A stretch of 64,000 nucleotides of DNA from an uncultured archaeon (GTDB lineage: Archaea; Thermoplasmatota; Penumbrarchaeia; JASLWR01). A model generated the notes under the pieces. It ran no database searches and had not been told where the DNA came from. It worked only from the letters and a program-made list of their open reading frames with translations. The translations under genes were made by a program, and so were the position numbers. This document shows, piece by piece, positions 18,707-28,209 of this stretch (its first letter is position 1; each line of letters starts with the position of its first letter). The stretch lies in contig CAYFHS010000002.1 in the NCBI GenBank assembly GCA_964342815.1, positions 216,790-280,789 on the forward strand, given 5' to 3'.

Positions 18707-20527
18707 TCATTCCCATTCTATTGTTCCGGGTGGTTTACTGGTGACATCGATACAGAAACCGGATACAGCATCAAATCGGGATATTTCTTCATCAAGTTCT
18801 GAAATTAATTCTATTGGAACCAGAGCGGGAGCCGCTGTCATAGCTCGTTTGGAATGGACCGGACGAAGAATGACCAACTCGCGGCCCTTGCCGTCCATCT
18901 CCAGGGGAACCAGAACAGTGGGGCACTGCCATATCGATGAATAACAGCCATATTTAACAAGGGACTCCATTACCAGATGATCGATCTCTCTCAAAAGCCT
19001 CAAACGCTCTCGGGTTACAGTGGCCGGGAGGGGGACAGCCTTTGAGTGGGTCTGACCAGTCAAATTCCAAATGCATCTATTTATTCCGTTAAGCTCCGAG
19101 AGGATGACCGTGGCGGCTTTCACCACTTGATCCAGGGACTCATCGCCTTGAAGAAGGACGGGGTGCTCGTAAGAGCGAAGGTCCCCTTTCACTCCCACGG
19201 ATCTGATTGGCAGAATGAGCGAATTTAGGCCAAAACTCCCTGCAATTTCGGCCACCTTCTCGACGACTCCTTTCCGAATGTTTGTGTTGGGCGACCCTGT
19301 TGAGCAGAGAAGGCGTATCCCAAGTCCCGGACCGGGGAACGGATGGCGCCACAGTACATTTTTCTCAATACCCAATCTCTCACCCAGTTCCCTGACCTCG
19401 ACCTTGTAAAGTTCACTCAAAGGCTCCAATATTTTTCCCCGTTCCATCATTTCGTCGATTATCGGTACCCGGTTATGGTGGGTCTTTATGGTATCCGCCC
19501 GTTTGGTACCCCCGGTTTCAATGGTGTCGGGGTAGATGGTCCCCTGAGCCAGGATATGATCCTTGAGACCTAGCGCTTCGGCTTCTTGCTGGAATACCTC
19601 CAAAAAGGTATTTCCAATGGCAATACGTTTCTCTTCGGGCTCCACCAGACCCTCCAGAGCATTGAGAAAAAACGCTCCCGCATCAATAAAATGAAGGTTT
19701 TCATCCAATCCGAGATATTCAAACATTTCCAATACCGACCTGCTCTCGTTCTTTCTCATTAGACCGTTGTCGATATGAAGAAGATGGAATTGCCCGGTGG
19801 CCAGGGTCATTCCCAGCAGTTTGGCTGCCACGGTGGAGTCCACGCCACCCGAGACCAGAAGGAAGACGGACTTTTCCCCTGCTTTCTCACGGATATCTTC
19901 TATCTTTCTCTCCAGGTAGTCCTCCATGGTCCACGTGGGAGAACAACCGCAGATGCTAAAAACAAAATTGGAGAGCATTTTCTCACCATGAGGCGTATCG
20001 TCAACTTCCGGGTGGAACTGGAACCCGTAACGCATCAGACGTTTCGAGGCTATTGCGCTATAACGATGTTTTCTCCGGTCACTTCCACCAACAGTATACC
20101 CGATTTCCTCAAAATCGGGTCCAAGCTTAATCACCGAGTCGTGATGGCTCATCCAAACAGGTTCCGTTCGGTCCAATCCCTCGAACAAAGGATGTGATGA
20201 GCTAATGTGAAGGTCCGCTCGACCCCACTCTCGTTCTCCCTTGGCCACTCTTCCCCCGTAATGCTTGGCGATCTCCTGGTGACCGAAACAAAAACCGAGT
20301 ATTGGAATGTCCAGATCGAATATTTTTCGATCATAATGTGATTCCTCTCCCTTTGAGGAAAGGGCCGGGCTTCCGGAGATTATAATTCCTCTATAGGCGC
20401 GGAAGATATCAAGAGGATCCTCGGGTTGAAGTATCTCGGCCAATACGTGGAGCCGACGTATCTTTGTTGCGATAAGATGGGCATACTGCCCGCCGAAATC
20501 CACTACCGCGATAGCGTCGTGTTTCAT
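18707..20527 (-). CDS. guaA: GMP synthase (glutamine-hydrolysing)
   Basis: DFGGQYAHLI, GFCFGHQ, QFHPEV, SGGVDS, KTHHN, HPFPGPGL, KPPGTIEWE. Confidence 0.97.
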   Translation of the reverse strand: MKHDAIAVVDFGGQYAHLIATKIRRLHVLAEILQPEDPLDIFRAYRGIIISGSPALSSKGEESHYDRKIFDLDIPILGFCFGHQEIAKHYGGRVAKGEREWGRADLHISSSHPLFEGLDRTEPVWMSHHDSVIKLGPDFEEIGYTVGGSDRRKHRYSAIASKRLMRYGFQFHPEVDDTPHGEKMLSNFVFSICGCSPTWTMEDYLERKIEDIREKAGEKSVFLLVSGGVDSTVAAKLLGMTLATGQFHLLHIDNGLMRKNESRSVLEMFEYLGLDENLHFIDAGAFFLNALEGLVEPEEKRIAIGNTFLEVFQQEAEALGLKDHILAQGTIYPDTIETGGTKRADTIKTHHNRVPIIDEMMERGKILEPLSELYKVEVRELGERLGIEKNVLWRHPFPGPGLGIRLLCSTGSPNTNIRKGVVEKVAEIAGSFGLNSLILPIRSVGVKGDLRSYEHPVLLQGDESLDQVVKAATVILSELNGINRCIWNLTGQTHSKAVPLPATVTRERLRLLREIDHLVMESLVKYGCYSSIWQCPTVLVPLEMDGKGRELVILRPVHSKRAMTAAPALVPIELISELDEEISRFDAVSGFCIDVTSKPPGTIEWE

Positions 20528-20557
20528 TGTATGCCCCTTACCGGCCTTAAAAGAAAT

Positions 20558-21721
20558 TTACTTTCCCATTCCGACCCTTTGAGTTTTCTGAAATATCTTA
20601 CCTTCCGAACCTATCTGGGGGGCAATCAGAAGCTCTGTAAGCTGCATCTGCTCAATGTTGATCGCCCCCACCGAACCCATGCTCGTTTTCAAGGCTCCAA
20701 CCAGATTGTGGGTGCCGTCATCCAAACGCGCCGGTCCATACAAAATCTCTTCCAGGGACCCCGTTGTGCCTACCCGTATCCTTGTTCCCCGGGGGAGATT
20801 TTTATGGGGTGTTGCCATCCCCCAGTGATATCCCTTTCCAGGTGCTTCCCTGGCTCTTGCGAAGGTCGATCCAAGCATCACGGCATCCGCACCTGCGGCG
20901 AAGGCCTTGCAGATGTCGCCACCTGTGCTCATTCCACCGTCCGTAATTATGGAAACATATTTCCCGGTTCGTTTGAAGTAATTATCCCTGGCTGCTGCAC
21001 AATCTATTGTTGCAGTCACCTGGGGAACCCCAATTCCAAGCACACCTCGTGTAGTACAAGACGCTCCGGGACCCACACCGACCAGCAGAGCTGCACACCC
21101 CGTTTCCATAAGTTCCAGGGCTGAATGATAGGTAACACAATTCCCGATAATCACCGGTATGTCCAATTCCCTGCACAGCTCACCCAGGTTGACCGGCTCG
21201 TACAGGGTGGAGATATGACGGGCAGTGGTCACCGTGGATTGGACAACGAGAACATCGGCTCCGGCCTCCTGGGCGATTTGTCCGTATCTCTTGGCTTTCT
21301 GGGGAATCGCTGAAACTGCCGTATAGGTCCCGTTTTTTTTCATCTCCCTCACCCGCTGGCCGATAAGGAAGTCTTTAATTGGTTCACGATAGACCTCTTG
21401 TATCTGATGGGTAACCGAGTCATTAGGTGCTTCGATTATTCTCATAAGTTCCGGGTATGGGTTCTCATATCGAGTGTATATACCCTCAAGATTTAGAACT
21501 CCAAGACCCCCCAATTTGCCAAAGGCACCGGCGAACTTCATGTCAACCACACCGTCCATAGCCGAGGCCAGGAATGGTATTTCCAGCATCAAACCATCGG
21601 CCAGCCGCCGAGTGATGTTCACTTCATCCGGATTGACGGTGACGGTCCCTGGAACCAGTGCCACTTCGTCAAATCCGTATGCTCGTCGCGCCTCGCGGTT
21701 TCTTCCTATGAATAAAGGCAT
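20558..21721 (-). CDS. guaB: IMP dehydrogenase, GuaB3-type (no CBS domains)
   Basis: [14 protein letters not shown]-terminus; [11 protein letters not shown] catalytic Cys loop; YHWGMAT. Confidence 0.88.
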   Translation of the reverse strand: MPLFIGRNREARRAYGFDEVALVPGTVTVNPDEVNITRRLADGLMLEIPFLASAMDGVVDMKFAGAFGKLGGLGVLNLEGIYTRYENPYPELMRIIEAPNDSVTHQIQEVYREPIKDFLIGQRVREMKKNGTYTAVSAIPQKAKRYGQIAQEAGADVLVVQSTVTTARHISTLYEPVNLGELCRELDIPVIIGNCVTYHSALELMETGCAALLVGVGPGASCTTRGVLGIGVPQVTATIDCAAARDNYFKRTGKYVSIITDGGMSTGGDICKAFAAGADAVMLGSTFARAREAPGKGYHWGMATPHKNLPRGTRIRVGTTGSLEEILYGPARLDDGTHNLVGALKTSMGSVGAINIEQMQLTELLIAPQIGSEGKIFQKTQRVGMGK

Positions 21722-21773
21722 CTCTTATCACCTCGCAGTAAAGAACGATTAAAAAAATCAAACTTGAACATAG

Positions 21774-21849
21774 CCCAAGCCCACCATAACCACCACCCAT
21801 CCCTTTACACCCGGGACGAACTATTATTCCTATATAATTGCCGTCCGGG
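21774..21849 (-). promoter_or_regulatory. Putative promoter and G-rich leader of the purine operon
   Basis: Minus-strand AATTATATAG (21830-21839) flanked by near-inverted repeat cccgggacg/cgtccggg, followed by four GGG runs. Confidence 0.5.
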
Positions 21850-21991
21850 AGGCATCTTTCTTGGGGAAAGACGGTTTGGAAGTTAAAACCTCCGAAATAT
21901 TCAGCTTTGCATAAGTTGCCGGGAGGATTTCACGGGGTGTTTATAATCATTTCGGGGACAGGTTTGATGGATAATAAAATCATCATTGGCT

Positions 21992-22402
21992 TCAGAAGTT
22001 TGTTCTGGTAATGACCAGTCCGCCGTGTTTGACACCCTTGATGGCAAGAATGTTATCCGCCAGTTTTTTCACCTCGCCCGCCATTCCGCGTACTATTAGA
22101 ACCTCAAGGCAGAGATGCTCGTCAAGGTGGATGTGTGTTGTTGATAGGATCTCTGTGACGTGATGATGCTGAAGGTGCATTAATCGATTGTTCACATCAC
22201 CTGAATGATGATCATAGATAATTGTTAGCGTACCGAAGACCGCCCCCTGCTCATCGGTTTCGATCTTTCTCTCTATAAGCGATTTCCGGACAAGGTCGCG
22301 TATGGCTTCCGATCGATTTGGATAGCCTTTGTTCTTGATAAGTTCATCGAATTTTATCAGGAGATCCGGTTCGAACGAGACACCGACCCTTTCAACAGTC
22401 AT
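21992..22402 (-). CDS. nikR: Nickel-responsive transcriptional regulator
   Basis: RHH N-terminus (RVGVS..NRSEAIRDL), HQHHH, HIHLD..CLEV nickel site; start set at ATG 22402. Confidence 0.95.
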   Translation of the reverse strand: MTVERVGVSFEPDLLIKFDELIKNKGYPNRSEAIRDLVRKSLIERKIETDEQGAVFGTLTIIYDHHSGDVNNRLMHLQHHHVTEILSTTHIHLDEHLCLEVLIVRGMAGEVKKLADNILAIKGVKHGGLVITRTNF

Positions 22403-22403
22403 G

Positions 22404-22510
22404 GTAGCACCTTTGCCACTCAATCGTGTTACTTTATTATAAATCTTGCTACGGAAAACGATTTATATCAAAAGGATGTTGCTATAACACTCTTTCGAAA
22501 AAAGTGCTAC
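22404..22510. promoter_or_regulatory. Divergent promoters with two spaced dyads (candidate NikR operators)
   Basis: GTAGCAC-N15-GTGTTAC (22404-22432) and ATAACAC-N13-GTGCTAC (22484-22510), each just downstream of a TATA-like box on its own strand. Confidence 0.6.
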
Positions 22511-22522
22511 TTGGTGAAGTGA

Positions 22523-23233
22523 ATGACGTTATCATTCTCAATTCTGGCCGGCACCGCATTTCTTATAGGGTTAATCCACACTGTGCTTGGACCAGACCAC
22601 TATCTTCCCTTCATCGCGCTCTCAAGATCTAGGAACTGGAGCGTAAAGAAAACGCTCCTGATAACATTGGTCTGCGGAACCGGGCACGTGCTCAGCTCCA
22701 TCATCTTGGGTGCTATAGGCATTACATTCGGCATCGCGGTCACTCAACTGGAAAACATAGAGGCATACCGTGGGGAGATTGCCGCCTGGCTCCTCTTCGT
22801 CTTTGGTATAACCTATCTCATCTGGGGGATACATAGGGCTGTGAAAAACAAACCCCACAGACATATGCACAATCACGGTGACGGAACGGAACACGTTCAT
22901 GAACACACCCATAATGATAAACATACCCATATACATGAATCCGGGCGAAAAAAGCTAACACCCTGGATACTTTTCATAATATTCATTTTCGGACCATGCG
23001 AAGCGTTCATTCCGCTTCTGATGTTCCCTGCATTCGATGCAAACATTATGACCATGATCGCCATTACCCTAATTTTCAGTATCACCACTATTGCCACAAT
23101 GATGGCCATCGTGACCCTATCGTATTACGGACTATCCCGCCTGAAAAATCCTAGGATAGAGCGATTCGGGCACCCTACGGCTGGTGCGGTCCTAGTGCTA
23201 TGTGGGGCGGCCATACTTTTCATCGGCCTGTGA
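22523..23233 (+). CDS. Nickel/cobalt transporter (NiCoT/RcnA/UreH-like) with His-rich loop
   Basis: HTVLGPDH motif, about 6 TM helices, HRHMHNH..HVHEHTH..HTHIH loop; divergent from nikR. Confidence 0.85.
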   Translation: MTLSFSILAGTAFLIGLIHTVLGPDHYLPFIALSRSRNWSVKKTLLITLVCGTGHVLSSIILGAIGITFGIAVTQLENIEAYRGEIAAWLLFVFGITYLIWGIHRAVKNKPHRHMHNHGDGTEHVHEHTHNDKHTHIHESGRKKLTPWILFIIFIFGPCEAFIPLLMFPAFDANIMTMIAITLIFSITTIATMMAIVTLSYYGLSRLKNPRIERFGHPTAGAVLVLCGAAILFIGL

Positions 23234-23296
23234 ATCCCACCATCAGGCAATGACTTGTTGGCTGTGTTTGCCGCTTGAAGTAGGGAATGATCGACA

Positions 23297-24121
23297 ATGA
23301 ACGAGGTTGATTGGAACGAGATGTGGAAAGAATCCAGGCGTAATTCCACGTGGAGGAAGGTATTTGGAGATAATGATACGGTGGAATACTGGAACCGTCG
23401 TGCCGAGAGCTTCAACAGGAATGCCGGGGACAAAAGGGGTGAAATTACAGTAGATAAATTGGTAAAATTGTTCGGTATCCATGGGACTTCCACCGTGCTT
23501 GACATAGGTGCCGGCACCGGCAGGCTGGCCATACCTTTCGCTAGAGTTGCAAAAAGCGTAACTGCCGTGGAGCCCTCACGCGAAATGATGAAATTTCTGA
23601 AGATGAATGCTTGTACGGAAGGACTCGATAATATAAGCTATGTTCATAAGCGCTGGGGTGAAGTGGCTGCGGGGAAGGACATTAAAAAACACGATATTGT
23701 GATCGCGTGTCATTCGTTGAGCATGATGGAGATCGGGAGCGCCCTTGCAAAGATGAATGAACTGGCTGAAAGATACGCCTGCATATACGCTTTTAGCGGA
23801 AAGAGGGTTTGGGATTTCACCGATCTTTGGCCTAGGTTATATGGCGAAAAATTCGTTCCGGGACCCACCTACATTTACCTCGTCAATTTATTATATTCGA
23901 TGGGAATAAACGTAAATATAAAGCTTATCAAACGGGAAATGGAGAGACGATACAGGAACCTGGACGAGGCAATGGAAGAAACAAAAATTAAATTGGATAT
24001 AAAGGATGATAAAAAGGACGAAATCATAAAAAATTACCTGGCCGAGACGCTGCGGGAAGAGAACGGAGAACTTTTTCATGTTAAGGAATTCGAGGAGGTC
24101 ATGCTCTGGTGGGAAAAATGA
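23297..24121 (+). CDS. Class I SAM-dependent methyltransferase
   Basis: VLDIGAGTG motif I; VEPS..M. Confidence 0.9.
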   Translation: MNEVDWNEMWKESRRNSTWRKVFGDNDTVEYWNRRAESFNRNAGDKRGEITVDKLVKLFGIHGTSTVLDIGAGTGRLAIPFARVAKSVTAVEPSREMMKFLKMNACTEGLDNISYVHKRWGEVAAGKDIKKHDIVIACHSLSMMEIGSALAKMNELAERYACIYAFSGKRVWDFTDLWPRLYGEKFVPGPTYIYLVNLLYSMGINVNIKLIKREMERRYRNLDEAMEETKIKLDIKDDKKDEIIKNYLAETLREENGELFHVKEFEEVMLWWEK

Positions 24122-24990
24122 AGGAACCGGAGAAATATGAAATATCGAAGGAGAACGTCTCATTCAAATCCGGACACGATGTTCTGCGCGGTGTGTTGAT
24201 GAAACCACAGAGCAAAGGGCCGTTCCCCGGGGTGGTATACTGTCACGGGCTGCTTTCAGATATGCGTGAACTGGGCCATGCACCTGCATCCACGGTGAAA
24301 ACGGGTTTTGCAGTTCTGGTTTTCGATTTCAGGGGACACGGCAAGAGTGAGGGTGAACGGGGTTTGATTTCAACCGAACGTTGCGTGGAGGATGCTACGG
24401 CTGCATTTCATTTTCTCGCAGGATTGCCCAATGTAATCCCGGAGAGAATCGGCATAGTGGGACACAGTTTTGGGGGCCATGTCGCTCTGGCGTCCCTTGC
24501 CCGTACCGATCATTTCCGCTGCGCCGTTGCGGCAGCACCACCGGGATCCATAAGGGAAGATTTCAATCCCTTTGAGAAGATCGGCTACTGCATTGTATAT
24601 TATCTCACACGGCCGGTAAAGGCCATATTCAAGCATGCGGGAAGGATACCTTATCCCGTTGGATACAAGGATATCTTGATCGACGAGAAAAGGCGGAAGA
24701 AGGCCGGAAGGGTAGATTTTCTACAGAAGCATTGTCCAATCGATAATTATCCCTTTTTAATGGGGATGAGTTCCTTTCGTGAAGCCGAAAAAATAAAAAA
24801 ACCGGTTTTCATACTTTTAGCCGGGAAAGATAAAGTATGTTCCATTGGAGGCACCAAGCGAATATACGGGCTGCTTGGTGGAATAAGGCAGAAAAAAATC
24901 TATGTTGCCTCTGGTCATTCCCTGTTCTATGACCGCTCAAGAGCCGAGGTCATCGAGGACGTGAATCTTTACCTGAATAATACACTTTAG
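24109..24990 (+). CDS. Alpha/beta hydrolase
   Basis: HG, DFRGHGKSEG, GHSFGG nucleophile elbow, D..C and GH catalytic positions. Confidence 0.9.
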   Translation: MGKMKEPEKYEISKENVSFKSGHDVLRGVLMKPQSKGPFPGVVYCHGLLSDMRELGHAPASTVKTGFAVLVFDFRGHGKSEGERGLISTERCVEDATAAFHFLAGLPNVIPERIGIVGHSFGGHVALASLARTDHFRCAVAAAPPGSIREDFNPFEKIGYCIVYYLTRPVKAIFKHAGRIPYPVGYKDILIDEKRRKKAGRVDFLQKHCPIDNYPFLMGMSSFREAEKIKKPVFILLAGKDKVCSIGGTKRIYGLLGGIRQKKIYVASGHSLFYDRSRAEVIEDVNLYLNNTL

Positions 24991-25077
24991 ACGAGGGAAA
25001 TTCACGGGCTTGGAAAACACGATAATAGTAATAAATACGAGAGGCCTTATACGCACGAAAATACAGGTGGAACTCAA

Positions 25078-26295
25078 ATGAGAGAGTACTATTCCGATCC
25101 CGTTTTCAAGAAGAGAATGCTTGAATATACCGAAGATTCCGTTTACCTCGTGGGGTTCGGAAAATATCTCGAGCAGAACCATTTTCAATCGTTCAAATCC
25201 GTCCGCCCCACCAGGCTTGACTGGATGCTGGATCACAACCTCGACGGTTTCACCAGCGTCTGGCAGAAGGGATCTTATCTGATCGTGCTGGACCTCGAAT
25301 ATTACAATCCCTTCGATTATTCGGAGGTGTTCAGGGATGAGGAAGGGGTATTTGGAAAAATGGAGGGTTTTTGCAGGGCCATGGAGGAAATACTGGGCGG
25401 TTACGGTATAGAGTATCTGAAACTTATGACGGGACAGGGATATCATTATGCAAGCAAGATCAGGGAGGGAACTCCTGCCTTCGAGCTTATCAAGAAGTAC
25501 GGGATATGTTCTCTGACCACCCACCAGCGGAACCCCGACGTTCCCCGGGACCATAACCTCATGCAGGATTCTGTGGGTAAATTAATGGAGTTCCTGTACC
25601 AGAAGGTCTTTGAGATATATGACGGCCACCTGAGGCCGAAAGACATTCGTCTCGACTCGGCAATGATGGTCCTTGACCTGGATCTATGGGCCGACCCTTT
25701 GTTCATGCGGGATGTAAGGTTGGCATTCTCCAGCCATCAGAAACACATTATGGAAAAATACATAAAGCGGATGGACTCGGACTGGTGCGCAAAGAATGTG
25801 GCCATCGGTTATTCTATCCCGTGTGAGGGTTTGTCCCTCGCTGAGAGGATAGATATACGGAGAAACAAGGCAAAGGTCACCCAGCTTGCAAAAGAAAGCG
25901 ACATGCATATTCCGGATGGGAGCGAGGGATGGGGGAGAATGTTCAATGACTACCTGAAAACGCCTCTGAAGGATTTCCATGATTCCTTCGATGCGGTTGA
26001 GATACTCGACGTCGGGCCACTGGAGCCAATTGATCTGCCGGGAAGCTGCCGTCATATTCTGGATGATTCCACAAAGGTGCGTTGGACCGAGATAAAAGCA
26101 GTGTGCGACCGTGCCTACCGCCTCGGCCGAGACCCAATGGAGGCGGCCCGTTTATTCTATGACCTGTTCACCTCACACAAGCAGTGGGGACTACACTGGG
26201 TGGAATACGACCCGGAGATGAGAGCAAAATACTGGGTTCGGATATTCTATGGCATGAACGAAACGCTGAAAGGTTATGTTCCCATGCCGGAATAG
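25078..26295 (+). CDS. Archaeo-eukaryotic primase (AEP) superfamily protein
   Basis: hhhDLE (motif I), MTGQGYH (motif II), D..W.D...R..RL..S.H.K (motif III-like). Confidence 0.65.
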   Translation: MREYYSDPVFKKRMLEYTEDSVYLVGFGKYLEQNHFQSFKSVRPTRLDWMLDHNLDGFTSVWQKGSYLIVLDLEYYNPFDYSEVFRDEEGVFGKMEGFCRAMEEILGGYGIEYLKLMTGQGYHYASKIREGTPAFELIKKYGICSLTTHQRNPDVPRDHNLMQDSVGKLMEFLYQKVFEIYDGHLRPKDIRLDSAMMVLDLDLWADPLFMRDVRLAFSSHQKHIMEKYIKRMDSDWCAKNVAIGYSIPCEGLSLAERIDIRRNKAKVTQLAKESDMHIPDGSEGWGRMFNDYLKTPLKDFHDSFDAVEILDVGPLEPIDLPGSCRHILDDSTKVRWTEIKAVCDRAYRLGRDPMEAARLFYDLFTSHKQWGLHWVEYDPEMRAKYWVRIFYGMNETLKGYVPMPE

Positions 26296-26405
26296 AAAAC
26301 GGATTTCGGGGGAAATTTCAGAGGAATATTAATTATATCATAAGTTCAATGTATAAACTGATCACACTGATTGAGATTGGACAATTCGGCCAATCGTAAG
26401 ATCGC

Positions 26406-26927
26406 TTGACCGCAATCCTGCGCGGACAGAGTAAGAGTATTCAAAAGGTGGTGACCATGAAGTTCATGGACAAGAAGAAGGCAAAAATATTGATGGATGA
26501 CGGGCTGGCCTACCAGGACAAGGGTAACATGTTCGAAGCTGAAAAGTGCTATCTTGCCGCAACGCAGATATGCCCGAGCTTCGGTGAAGCGCATCTTCGA
26601 TACGGTGATCTTCTTAGTCAGACCGAAAGACCGAACGCTGCTGTGAAGGAATTCACCCTTGCCTTCGAGAATCAACCGGAATTTGCCGAGGCCATGACGG
26701 CTCTTGGGGACCTTTATTCAAAGTACAACGAGGGCGAAAAGGCCGTGGAAGCATATACCAAAGCGGTAAACTGCAAGAAGATGTATATTTTTGCATATAT
26801 CAATCTTGGAACCCACTATATGAACAACGGCCAGTTCGGAGAATCCCAGGATACCTTCAAGAAAGCACTAGAAAAGACAACAGATCCGGAACTTAGAAAG
26901 GAGATACAGAAGTATTATCGCGGATAA
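26406..26927 (+). CDS. TPR-repeat protein
   Basis: Repeated A...LG..Y...G....A...F..A helical pairs; probable ATG start near 26457. Confidence 0.85.
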   Translation: MTAILRGQSKSIQKVVTMKFMDKKKAKILMDDGLAYQDKGNMFEAEKCYLAATQICPSFGEAHLRYGDLLSQTERPNAAVKEFTLAFENQPEFAEAMTALGDLYSKYNEGEKAVEAYTKAVNCKKMYIFAYINLGTHYMNNGQFGESQDTFKKALEKTTDPELRKEIQKYYRG

Positions 26928-26955
26928 TTTTTTATCACCGCCGCATGCACTCAAT

Positions 26956-27717
26956 TTGGATCACGGCGTGGGAATCGAAATGGAGAGGGACGCAGGCTCA
27001 AAACCTTTTTCTTCCTTGTGGGAATTTGACCCAACAACTACGAAAAGTCGTTTTGTAAGAGATGTTCTCAAAGACACCTATGAAAAGATCGCCGCACATT
27101 TTCACGCAACCCGGCGGCACCCCTGGCCCGGGACCATGGACTTCATCACGGAATTTTCGGATGGAAATAGGATCATCGATATTGGATGCGGTAACGGCAG
27201 GAACGCCGTTTACATGGCCGGGATGGGTCTGAGGGTTACGGGATTGGATATTTCCCCGGAACTTCTGGAGTTGGCGCGCGCGAACGCCAATGAAAAAGAG
27301 GTCGGTCACCTATGTGACTTCATACTGGGTGACATTACCGAGCTTCCTTTTGATGATAATGAATTCGATGGCGGTCTGTATATTGCATCCCTGCACCATC
27401 TTGCTACGGATGAAGAAAGATTTACCTCCATCCGTGAGCTCTCGCGGGTACTCAGGCCGGGAGCGAGAGCGCTCGTATCGGTGTGGGACCGGGACCAGGA
27501 AAAATTCCGGGATCTGGTTGATATCTGGGAAGCTCATCCTCTTTTCGAGCGCGGCGACGTATTTATACCCTGGAAAAGCCCAGGGGAAGAATGGCCGAGA
27601 TACTATCATCTTTTCACGGAGCTGGAATTTCGAACACTACTGAAAATGAGCGCTCTGGTAGTGGATGGAACGTTTCGTTCAGGGCAAAATCACTACGGAA
27701 AGGTACGAAAACAATAG
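26956..27717 (+). CDS. Trm9/ALKBH8-like tRNA wobble-uridine methyltransferase
   Basis: YEKIAAHFHATRRHPW, DIGCGNGRN, IASLHHL, PW..RYYHLF pattern as recalled for the Trm9 family. Confidence 0.7.
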   Translation: MDHGVGIEMERDAGSKPFSSLWEFDPTTTKSRFVRDVLKDTYEKIAAHFHATRRHPWPGTMDFITEFSDGNRIIDIGCGNGRNAVYMAGMGLRVTGLDISPELLELARANANEKEVGHLCDFILGDITELPFDDNEFDGGLYIASLHHLATDEERFTSIRELSRVLRPGARALVSVWDRDQEKFRDLVDIWEAHPLFERGDVFIPWKSPGEEWPRYYHLFTELEFRTLLKMSALVVDGTFRSGQNHYGKVRKQ

Positions 27718-27769
27718 TTTCATCCCCTCCGAAAATGGCGAAGTAATATTATTATAGCATCATCCGAAT

Positions 27770-28186
27770 GTGGAGAACGGTGATATTATGGGATTTTTCG
27801 GAAAGATAAAAAAGGGATTCAAAGCTGCCGCAACGGCACACAAGATGGATGATTTCCTCGTTGAAGAGATGTCAAGGATCTATCAGCAGCAGGGATATCC
27901 GGTCGGTGGGTTGAAAAAAACCGCCGGCGGAATGAGGCTGAGCAAGAAATCCGGTGAAATGAAGATGAAGGCGGAAAAATATTCTTTCTCCGTGACCACG
28001 GCCAACGGCGAGATGAAAATCAAGACCAAATCGGAGAGCGGTGTGGTCAAGGTAAGTACGAAGCTCGGCGGAGTGAAGGGTAGAAAGGATAAATTCAAGG
28101 TCAACAGTTTCGTTCACAACGACGGCGGAAAACTAACTGTCAAAAACGGGCAGGAACTGGCGGCCAAGGTAATGGGTCTGCTTTAA
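27770..28186 (+). CDS. Hypothetical Lys/Gly-rich protein
   Basis: Clean ORF with genome-typical codon usage followed by a poly-T tract. Confidence 0.65.
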   Translation: MENGDIMGFFGKIKKGFKAAATAHKMDDFLVEEMSRIYQQQGYPVGGLKKTAGGMRLSKKSGEMKMKAEKYSFSVTTANGEMKIKTKSESGVVKVSTKLGGVKGRKDKFKVNSFVHNDGGKLTVKNGQELAAKVMGLL

Positions 28187-28209
28187 GCGGACCTTTTTTT
28201 TTATTTTTA

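Noticed and set aside
21722-21991. Purine riboswitch before guaB
   Set aside because: No UAUAAU..AUAUGG..GUUUCUACC..CCGUAAA core on the coding strand
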